41,558 nt of DNA from Anaerolinea sp. GTDB lineage: Bacteria > Chloroflexota > Anaerolineae > Aggregatilineales > Phototrophicaceae. The notes beneath the pieces were generated by a model. The model saw only the letters and a program-made list of their open reading frames with translations, ran no database searches and had not been told where the DNA came from. This document shows, piece after piece, positions 25,205 to 32,677 of the stretch (position 1 is the first letter of the stretch; the number at the start of each line of letters is the position of its first letter). Location: NCBI GenBank assembly GCA_014879865.1, contig JACSRG010000691.1, forward strand, positions 1 through 41,558. Reading direction: 5' to 3'. The position numbers and the translations under genes were made by a program.

Positions 25205-27049
25205 ATGGGTATCTTTGGCGGCTTGCAAGCCGAACAATATGACCGCGTGTACGATGATGGGTATTTGCTGCGGCGGATGGGCAACTACCTGAGCGCGCAG
25301 CGCCGCCGCGTCATTAGCATCACAGGCTTGGTGATTTTCTACGCGATTATGGGCTCGCTCATCCCGCTCGTGATCGCCGAGGGCGTCGAGGCGCTGAGTT
25401 CCGCCGCGCCCGATTTAACCGTGTGGCTGCTGGTCGGCGCGTTGTTCGCGGTCGGCATCATCGACTTCGGCATCTACTGGCTGCGCCGCCGGTTGACGGC
25501 GCGTGTGGTCGCCGACGTGGTCAGCGATTTGCGCAAGGATGCGTTCACCGCAGCCATCGACCGTGACCTGTCGTTTTACGACGACGTGAAATCCGGCAAG
25601 GTCGTCAGCCGCATCACCAGCGATACGCAAGAACTGAACACCGTGCTGGTAATCGGGATCGACTTGATCTCGCAGGTGCTCGACTTCCTGATTCTATTCG
25701 TCGTGCTCCTCACCCGCGAGTGGCGGCTGACGTTGATGCTCGTCGGCGTTATGCCGGTGATCTTCGGGATGACGATTGTGCTGCGCCATTTTGCGCGCAT
25801 CGTCACGCGGCAGGGGACGCGCGCGATGGCGGCGGTCAACGACAACATTCAGGAGAGTGTGAGCGGGATCAGCGTGGCGAAGAATTATCGTCAAGAGGCG
25901 ATGATCTACCGTGACTTCACCGCGATCAACCGGCAGTCGTATAACATCAATATCCGGCGCGGTTTCGTGCTGGCGACCGTCTTCCCGTCGTTGAATGCCG
26001 TCTCCGGTTTCATCATCGGGGGGCTGCTGTACATCGGCGCGAGTTACGTGCTCGGCGGCGTGCTCACCGTCGGGATGTGGTATCTGTTCATTCAAGGCGT
26101 TGACCGTTTCTGGTTCCCGGTAATCAACCTGTCCGGTTTCTGGAGTCAGCTTCAAGCCGGGCTGAGCGCGGTTGAGCGCATATTCGCGCTGGTCGATGCC
26201 GAGAATACGCTCAAACAGACGGATGATCAGCCTGCCCCGGCACACATGCACGGCGAAATCGTCTTCAAGGACGTGATCTTCGAATACAAGAACGGTGAAC
26301 GGGTGCTGGATCGTTTCAACATCCACATTCAGCCGGGGGAAAGCATCGCCTTTGTCGGACATACCGGCGCGGGCAAGAGCACGATTGCGAAGGCGGTCGC
26401 GCGCTTCTACGAGTTTCAGGGCGGCACGATCCTCGTCGATGGACAGGATATTCGTACCTTCAACTTGCAATCGTACCGCAGCAAATTGGGCATTGTGCCG
26501 CAGCAGCCTTTCCTGTTCAGCGGCACGATCCGCGACAACATCCGCTATGCGCGTCCTGATGCGACGGACGCGGAAATCGAGGAGATCGCGAACAGCATCG
26601 GCAGCGGCGAATGGTTGGAGACGCTGCCCGACGGCTTGGACAGCGACGTGGGCGAACGCGGCGCGCGCTTGAGCATGGGACAGCGCCAGTTGGTGAGTTT
26701 GCTGCGCGTGCTCGTGCAGAAGCCCGCGATTTTCATCCTTGACGAAGCGACCGCCAGCATTGACCCCTTCACCGAGACGCAGATTCAAGAAGCACTCGAC
26801 CTGATCCTCAAGCAGTCCACGTCGATCTTGATCGCCCACCGCCTGAGCACTGTACGCAGCGCGGATCGCATCATTGTGTTGAAAAACGGCGGGATCATCG
26901 AGCAGGGGAATCACGAGCAGTTGATGCAGCAGCGCGGTCACTATGCCGAACTGTACAACACGTATTTCCGGCATCAATCGCTCGAATACGTCGAAAACGC
27001 GCGCAAGTACGCCGACACACAGGAGATGGAAAAGGCGGGGTCCGTATGA
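25205..27049 (+). CDS. Heterodimeric ABC exporter subunit 2 (TMD+NBD)
   Basis: Walker A GHTGAGKS, signature LSMGQ, Walker B FILDE, AHRL; AGGAG RBS, starts 1 nt after the partner stop. Confidence 0.93.
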   Translation: MGIFGGLQAEQYDRVYDDGYLLRRMGNYLSAQRRRVISITGLVIFYAIMGSLIPLVIAEGVEALSSAAPDLTVWLLVGALFAVGIIDFGIYWLRRRLTARVVADVVSDLRKDAFTAAIDRDLSFYDDVKSGKVVSRITSDTQELNTVLVIGIDLISQVLDFLILFVVLLTREWRLTLMLVGVMPVIFGMTIVLRHFARIVTRQGTRAMAAVNDNIQESVSGISVAKNYRQEAMIYRDFTAINRQSYNINIRRGFVLATVFPSLNAVSGFIIGGLLYIGASYVLGGVLTVGMWYLFIQGVDRFWFPVINLSGFWSQLQAGLSAVERIFALVDAENTLKQTDDQPAPAHMHGEIVFKDVIFEYKNGERVLDRFNIHIQPGESIAFVGHTGAGKSTIAKAVARFYEFQGGTILVDGQDIRTFNLQSYRSKLGIVPQQPFLFSGTIRDNIRYARPDATDAEIEEIANSIGSGEWLETLPDGLDSDVGERGARLSMGQRQLVSLLRVLVQKPAIFILDEATASIDPFTETQIQEALDLILKQSTSILIAHRLSTVRSADRIIVLKNGGIIEQGNHEQLMQQRGHYAELYNTYFRHQSLEYVENARKYADTQEMEKAGSV

Positions 27050-27654
27050 GTTTTCCACCGCGTACGTGGGATCTGCTGCTGATCGGCGGCGCATCGGGGG
27101 TCGGCAAGTCGAGCGTCAGTTACCGGCTTGCACAGCACTTCGGCGTGGCGCTGATCGAAGTCGATGACTTTCAGACGGTGCTGCAGCACATGACTACGCC
27201 GGAACAGTTTCCCGCTTTACATTTCTGGGACACGCATCCCGATCCCCGGTCACTCGCGCCGGAAGTCATCTTCGAGCAGGGCAAGGCGATTGCCTGTGAA
27301 CTGCATCCCGCGCTGGAACTGGTGATCGCCAATCATCTCGAAACCGACCGCCCCGCCGTTCTGGATGGAGATTTCCTCACACCTGCGTTGATGGTGCAAG
27401 CGGCATATGCCGGTTGTGAGAACGCCGGACGGGTGTGCGGCATCGTCGTCGATGAACCGGACGAGGTGCAGATCGTGCGTAACTATGGAATACGTGAACC
27501 GGGCGTCGGAGAACAGACTCAGCGCGCACGGGTGAGCAAGTTGTTCGGCGATTGGTTGAAGCACGATGCGGAACGGTTTGGCATTCAGGTGGTCGAAGCG
27601 CGACCATGGGACACCGTGTTTGAGCGGGTGCTGGACGTGCTCGCTGCCCGCTGA
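27046..27654 (+). CDS. P-loop small-molecule kinase (2-phosphoglycerate-kinase/NMP-kinase-like fold)
   Basis: LLLIGGASGVGKS Walker A, IEVDD, AVLDGD; ATGA overlap with the ABC gene. Confidence 0.75.
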   Translation: MSFPPRTWDLLLIGGASGVGKSSVSYRLAQHFGVALIEVDDFQTVLQHMTTPEQFPALHFWDTHPDPRSLAPEVIFEQGKAIACELHPALELVIANHLETDRPAVLDGDFLTPALMVQAAYAGCENAGRVCGIVVDEPDEVQIVRNYGIREPGVGEQTQRARVSKLFGDWLKHDAERFGIQVVEARPWDTVFERVLDVLAAR

Positions 27655-27679
27655 CAGGGGATGCCTACACATCCCCTGT
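27654..27679. terminator. Hairpin/terminator between convergent genes
   Basis: ACAGGGGATG-CCTACA-CATCCCCTGT followed by TTGTT. Confidence 0.75.
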
Positions 27680-27692
27680 TTGTTGACGCTGT

Positions 27693-28907
27693 TTAGGCTT
27701 CGATTTCGACCGCCAGCGCGACCGCTTCTGCTCCACCGAGGCACAGTGCTGCGAGTCCGCGCTTCAGTCCGCGATCTTGCAGGGCGTGGATCAGCGTGAT
27801 CAGCACGCGCGCGCCGCTTGCGCCGAGCGGATGACCGAGCGCAATCGCGCCGCCGTTGACATTAAGCTTTTCGAGCGGCAGTTCGTAGCCGTCGCGCTTC
27901 AAGCCTTTGACATCCGCCATGACCTGTGCCGCGAACGCCTCGTTGACTTCAAAAAGATCGACATCTTCCATCGTCCAGCCCGCGCGCTGCAAGGCAATCG
28001 GGATTGCCTTGACGGGTGCGTAGAAAATCCACGCCGGTTCGACGGCGGCATGACCGTAGCCGACGATCCGGGCGATAGGTTGGTGACTGTGCGCTTCGGC
28101 GTATTGACGACTGGCGACCACCAGTGCCGCCGCGCCGTCGTTCATGCCGGGGGCGTTGCCCGCTGTGACCTTGCCGTCGGCTTCGAATGCCGGGGCGAGT
28201 TTCGCCAGCACGTCGAGCGTCGTATCAGGGCGAATTGATTCGTCGCGGTCGATGACCGTGTCGCCTTTCTTGCCCTTGATCGTCACCGGGGCGATCTCGG
28301 TGCGGAATTTGCCCGCTTCGGTCGCCGCGTGTGCCTTCTGGTGACTGTTAAACGCCAGTTGATCCATCTCCGCGCGGGTGACATCCAACTGCCGACCGAT
28401 GAATTCGGCGGCGTTGCCCATACCCCAATCACACAGCGAACACCACAGCCCATCCGATTGCAGCGAGTCGCGCAGTTGGACATGACCGTATTTGTGTCCC
28501 ATGCGGTGCGTATCGTCGAGGAACGGCGCGCGGCTCATGTTTTCGACGCCGCCCGCGATGTACAGGTCGCCATCCTCGGCGCGGATCATGCTCGACGCGA
28601 GCATGACGGCTTTCAAGCCGCTGCCGCACACCTTGTTGATCGCCACGCCGCCGATGTTTTCCGGCAGACCTGCGCCGATGCTAATCTGGCGGGGCAGCGC
28701 TTGCCCGACGCCCGCACTGACCACGTTGCCGAGGATTAGCTCGTGCACGTCCGCCGCATCAATGCCGCTCCGCTCGACGGCGGCGCGCACGGCGACCTTG
28801 CCAAGCTCCGCCGCCGACACCCCCGCCAAGCCCCCTAAGAATTTGCCGATGGGCGTGCGTGCGCCCCCGAGTACGACTGCGTCGCGTGCGCTCTTGCCGT
28901 TGTTCAT
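27693..28907 (-). CDS. Acetyl-CoA C-acyltransferase (thiolase)
   Basis: RTPIGKF, NKVCGSG (catalytic Cys), [24 protein letters not shown]; ATG 28907 overlaps the HIT stop. Confidence 0.95.
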   Translation of the reverse strand: MNNGKSARDAVVLGGARTPIGKFLGGLAGVSAAELGKVAVRAAVERSGIDAADVHELILGNVVSAGVGQALPRQISIGAGLPENIGGVAINKVCGSGLKAVMLASSMIRAEDGDLYIAGGVENMSRAPFLDDTHRMGHKYGHVQLRDSLQSDGLWCSLCDWGMGNAAEFIGRQLDVTRAEMDQLAFNSHQKAHAATEAGKFRTEIAPVTIKGKKGDTVIDRDESIRPDTTLDVLAKLAPAFEADGKVTAGNAPGMNDGAAALVVASRQYAEAHSHQPIARIVGYGHAAVEPAWIFYAPVKAIPIALQRAGWTMEDVDLFEVNEAFAAQVMADVKGLKRDGYELPLEKLNVNGGAIALGHPLGASGARVLITLIHALQDRGLKRGLAALCLGGAEAVALAVEIEA

Positions 28908-29407
28908 GATTGTCCTTCTGTTCCGTATAGCTCCGCCCAAACCGCTTTGAGTTCGCGGTACGTATTGTCGAGTGTGTCGGGGATCACCCGTGTGTCACCG
29001 ATGGTCGTCATGAAGTTCGAGTCGCCTGCCCAACGCGGCACGATATGAAAGTGAAAGTGATCGGCGATGCCCGCGCCCGCCGCGCGCCCCAGATTCGCGC
29101 CCATGTTGAAGGCTGGCGCGCCGTAGAGCTTGCGCAGTGCGCCGAGAGTTTTGTTGGTCGTCAGCATCAGGTCGGTGAGTGCTTCGACGGACAGCGCCTC
29201 CGAGGTGTCGATGTGGGCGTAGGGTACGATCATCACGTGACCGTTGTTGTAGGGGTAGAGGTTGAGTGTCACGTAGACGAACTGCGAGCGGGCGATGATT
29301 TGCTGTTCGCCCTCGGTGTGGGGCAGCGCGCAGAAGATGCAGCCTTCGACCGGTTGCTTTTCACCGCGAATGTACGCCATCCGCCATGGCGACCATAAAT
29401 GATCCAT
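28904..29407 (-). CDS. HIT family nucleotide hydrolase/phosphorylase (Ap4A phosphorylase/FHIT-like)
   Basis: LWSPWRMAYI, CIFC, NLYPYNNGH, NLGRAAGAGI, HFHFHIVPRW. Confidence 0.92.
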   Translation of the reverse strand: MDHLWSPWRMAYIRGEKQPVEGCIFCALPHTEGEQQIIARSQFVYVTLNLYPYNNGHVMIVPYAHIDTSEALSVEALTDLMLTTNKTLGALRKLYGAPAFNMGANLGRAAGAGIADHFHFHIVPRWAGDSNFMTTIGDTRVIPDTLDNTYRELKAVWAELYGTEGQS

Positions 29408-29602
29408 AAATGTGCTTTCCTATTAACCTGACAATCTTCACAGAAGTCGCGCTGCTACTTTTCAAATCCTATCATGCCACGATTGGAAATCGCTTGGAAG
29501 TGCTTGCGCAAAAAACTACCAGCATAGGTGGGTGAAAGTGGTGACTTCTGGCAAACGCGGTAGAGTCGAATTGCGTCTTAGGCTCAATGAAGGGACAACA
29601 TC

Positions 29603-30307
29603 ATGCCGCCGCTTCTTACGCTGATTGCGCTCGTCATCTGGGCGAGCTTGCTCTTTGGCGGATTCCTCTTTGGCAAGCTCTGGGCTGACCGCAGCCGACG
29701 AATGCCGGTCTGGACGCGGATGGCGTCGTCGTTGACGCTGGTGATCGCCGCGTGGTTGTTCGTGCTGATCGACCCTGCCGTTCATGTGTACACGCTGCCC
29801 GTCGCGGTGGGGATGACCTTTGGCTTCCTCGGCGATTTGTTTATGGCGAAACTCATCCCGTTCAAGCAGTATGTCATCGGGGGGATCGGCTCATTTGGCA
29901 TCGGGCATATCCTCTACATCGTCGGGTTTCTGGCGACAATGAACGCGCTCGGACTGCCTGTCGTCGGGGCGGCATGGCTTGTCTGGTTGCTGATCGGCGT
30001 GGTCGGTTGGTTGGTTGCCGTGTGGATCGGTGCGGCAGATCGCGGGTTGATGCATCGCCTTGCGCTGCCCTACGCGCTGCTGCTCGCCAGTACGGTCGGC
30101 GTTGCGACCGGTTGGGCACTCGGCGATTCTCGTTTTATCCCGCTTGCCGTCGGCGCGGCACTCTTCCTCTTAAGCGACTTGATTCTCGCGGCGCGGTTGT
30201 TTCGCGGCACAACCTTCTACTTGATCGACGATGTGGTCTGGTTGACCTATGGACCTGCGCAAATGCTGATTGTCTTCTCAGCGTTGTTGGTACAGCCGCT
30301 GCTCTAA
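29603..30307 (+). CDS. YhhN/lysoplasmalogenase family membrane protein
   Basis: GFLGDLFM, SFGIGHILY, GAALFLLSDLILA, WLTYGPAQMLI. Confidence 0.85.
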   Translation: MPPLLTLIALVIWASLLFGGFLFGKLWADRSRRMPVWTRMASSLTLVIAAWLFVLIDPAVHVYTLPVAVGMTFGFLGDLFMAKLIPFKQYVIGGIGSFGIGHILYIVGFLATMNALGLPVVGAAWLVWLLIGVVGWLVAVWIGAADRGLMHRLALPYALLLASTVGVATGWALGDSRFIPLAVGAALFLLSDLILAARLFRGTTFYLIDDVVWLTYGPAQMLIVFSALLVQPLL

Positions 30308-30310
30308 GCG

Positions 30311-30319
30311 TGGTAGAAT
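30311..30319 (+). promoter_or_regulatory. Putative extended -10 promoter for birA
   Basis: TGgTAGAAT, 32 nt upstream of ATG 30352. Confidence 0.45.
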
Positions 30320-30351
30320 CCATACATTATACGAACTGTTGGACGAGACTC

Positions 30352-31098
30352 ATGTCCCTCACCGAAAACATAGATAAAGCACTAACGGATCGCCCGTACC
30401 AATTCTTCCCCTCGGTCGAAAGCACCAACGATCTAGCGATGGTGTGGCTCAACGAAGGGACGCGTGCCGGAAGCGTGATTGTCGCGGACGAGCAAACGCG
30501 CGGACGGGGTCGCTTGGGGCGCACGTGGTACGCCCCGCCCGGCACAGCGCTGATGATGACGTATATTCTGCGCCCCGCAATCGAAGACCTGCCTTATGTC
30601 GGGATGATGGGCGCGCTTGCCGTGTGCGAGGCGCTGCGGTCGCTGGGCGTGGAGCGCTGCGGGATCAAGTGGCCCAACGACGTGCAAATCGACGGGCGCA
30701 AAGTCTGCGGGGTGCTGCCGGAAGCGGCATGGCAAAACAATCGACTGCTCGGCGTGATCCTCGGCGTGGGTATCAACATTCGTGTCGATTTTACCGGAAC
30801 AGCGCTCGAAACGACGGCGATCAGCCTCGACACGGTCATTCCCGGCATCGATCGGGCGGAACTGCTGCGGCGCTTGGCTGCACGCATGGATTTCTGGTCA
30901 CAGCGTTTGAGTTCCGACGACTTGTTCGAGCGGTGGCGCGGGGCGCTGGTCATGTTGCAGCGGCGGGTGTCGATTAATCATGTGACCGGAACGGTGGAAG
31001 GCGTTGCCGAATCGGTCGACCGACAGGGCGCGCTGCTGGTACGGGATGCGACCGGGATGCTGCGCCATGTGATCGCCGGGGACATCGCCTTAGGATAG
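30352..31098 (+). CDS. birA: Biotin--protein ligase without an N-terminal HTH (class I)
   Basis: SVESTND, ADEQTRGRGRLGRTW, IKWPNDV, RKVCGVL, GVGIN; real start at MSLTEN. Confidence 0.93.
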   Translation: MSLTENIDKALTDRPYQFFPSVESTNDLAMVWLNEGTRAGSVIVADEQTRGRGRLGRTWYAPPGTALMMTYILRPAIEDLPYVGMMGALAVCEALRSLGVERCGIKWPNDVQIDGRKVCGVLPEAAWQNNRLLGVILGVGINIRVDFTGTALETTAISLDTVIPGIDRAELLRRLAARMDFWSQRLSSDDLFERWRGALVMLQRRVSINHVTGTVEGVAESVDRQGALLVRDATGMLRHVIAGDIALG

Positions 31099-31107
31099 CG
31101 AGGTGCT

Positions 31108-32343
31108 ATGGGTATCCGGCTGAACTGGGAAATTGAAGCCGAGAAGGAACGGGTTGAGACCGCAGGAGAAGACCCCGAAACCCGGCGGCGGCGCTGGCGC
31201 GCACGTCTGCGCCTGCTTGGGCTGCTGCTGCTGTTCGTCGGTCTGGTAGGACTGGTCGTGGGCGGTGTGATTCTGCGCTTGCGTCAGGTTGATTGGGAGA
31301 TCGAACAGGCGCTGCGCGACACTGTCGATGCCGAGATCGCCACCCTCCGTCTAGGGGATCGCGCAGCCTTTCTGACCTTCCAGCGCAGCGCGACCGACGA
31401 ATGGTCGCAGCGTCAGAACGGTGCGTTTGAGGATTATCAGGAACTCAAGCTCCAAGCGGATGTGGAACTGAGCGGCGAGATCAGCAGCGTGCTGGTTGAC
31501 CGACAGCGCGCGCGTGTTCAGGTGCAAGAAGTCATCGACGGCGCGCGCTACGTGCAAACGTGGTTCTACTGGAACTATGACGATGGCTGGCGGCATGTCC
31601 CGCCTGACTATACCTTCTGGGGCGAAGAACGCACGTTGAGCAGCGATAACGTCACCGTGTACTACCGCGCGCTGGACGAGCCGTTCGCGCAGGTGCTCCT
31701 GACCGAACTGACCCTGTGGGTCACGGGGGGATGCAGCGCGTTAGGGTGCGGGCAAATGCCTCACTTGACGGTGGAAGTCGTGCCGAATCCGACCCTCGGC
31801 TGGATCGAAGACTGGCATTTGCGCGTACCGTCGCCCTATATCGGGCGCGCGCGTATTGATCAGCCGCTAGAGGCTACTGTGCGCTTTCAAGCGGCGGCGC
31901 TGATCGCCCGAAGTCTCGTCGATGGCATTGTCGGGGACGTGCTGACCGGAGAAGGCGGTTTTCTCCAAGAAGCCGTCGTGCGCTGGCTGGTCGAACGTTT
32001 CGCGCTCGTGCAGATGAACTCCCACGTCATTTACAGCCTTGCGGCGCGCTATGGGGATGCGGCGGTGGGGCAGCTTGTGACCCAATTAACGCCCGATTCG
32101 ACCGCTGCCGTTCTCGCGAGTGTCACCGGGACATCGCTGGAGCAGTCCGGTCTCGACTGGCGGGATTACATCGCGTGGCGGTTGACCGATGTCTACAGCG
32201 GGCAGGACTACGATGTGACCTCTGCGCTGGTCGAATACAGTCCAGAGGGTATTCCGCAAATCCAAGCAGTCGTCAGGATCGGCGGGGATGAGATGATTGT
32301 CCTGTTCCAATTGGTGGACGGCGTCTGGGAACGCGTGACCTAG
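31108..32343 (+). CDS. Hypothetical single-TM membrane-anchored protein (411 aa)
   Basis: GAGGTG RBS; Arg-rich stretch, then one TM, then a large soluble region; host-like codon use. Confidence 0.8.
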   Translation: MGIRLNWEIEAEKERVETAGEDPETRRRRWRARLRLLGLLLLFVGLVGLVVGGVILRLRQVDWEIEQALRDTVDAEIATLRLGDRAAFLTFQRSATDEWSQRQNGAFEDYQELKLQADVELSGEISSVLVDRQRARVQVQEVIDGARYVQTWFYWNYDDGWRHVPPDYTFWGEERTLSSDNVTVYYRALDEPFAQVLLTELTLWVTGGCSALGCGQMPHLTVEVVPNPTLGWIEDWHLRVPSPYIGRARIDQPLEATVRFQAAALIARSLVDGIVGDVLTGEGGFLQEAVVRWLVERFALVQMNSHVIYSLAARYGDAAVGQLVTQLTPDSTAAVLASVTGTSLEQSGLDWRDYIAWRLTDVYSGQDYDVTSALVEYSPEGIPQIQAVVRIGGDEMIVLFQLVDGVWERVT

Positions 32344-32400
32344 CGCGCCAACCCGTGAACCATGTTATCATTACCATATCCGGGAGGAGGGTAATCCAAC

Positions 32401-32622
32401 ATGCTCGACGATCTGCGTAAGAGTACACAGCCTCAGGCATTCGAACCGGAGGCAGAAGAACCAAATCTGGCGGCGGATGCACACAGCAGCGACGAAGAAG
32501 CCGAAGTGCGTTTCTTGGGCATGACAGCCGTCGAACGCATGTTTATCACGATCTTCCTCTTCCTCGCGGTGTGTGTGCTTGGTGCGGCGCTGCTGTTGGC
32601 GACGGGGCGCTTGGTGTTCTAG
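32401..32622 (+). CDS. Small acidic protein with a C-terminal TM anchor (73 aa)
   Basis: Strong GGAGGAGG RBS; acidic N-terminus, FLGMTAVERM, hydrophobic C-terminus. Confidence 0.8.
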   Translation: MLDDLRKSTQPQAFEPEAEEPNLAADAHSSDEEAEVRFLGMTAVERMFITIFLFLAVCVLGAALLLATGRLVF

Positions 32623-32638
32623 GAAGCTGCAAAACAGC

Positions 32639-32667
32639 CGAGGGGCGCACTGCTCGTGCACCCCTCG
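32639..32667. terminator. Hairpin between convergent genes
   Basis: CGAGGGGCGCAC-TGCTC-GTGCACCCCTCG (one mismatch, G-U on the minus strand). Confidence 0.6.
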
Positions 32668-32677
32668 CTGTGTCTCG

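Noticed and set aside
25694-27094. 466-aa antisense ORF, and similar long shadows at 7141-8160, 11669-12700 and 34301-35182
   Set aside because: They lie opposite well-supported genes, have no recognisable motifs, and are expected from codon bias in GC-rich DNA
29752-30351. 200-aa N-terminal extension of BirA overlapping YhhN, suggesting a frameshift fusion
   Set aside because: The extension is Arg-rich off-frame sequence, I saw no slippery site, and birA has its own putative promoter and ATG at 30352
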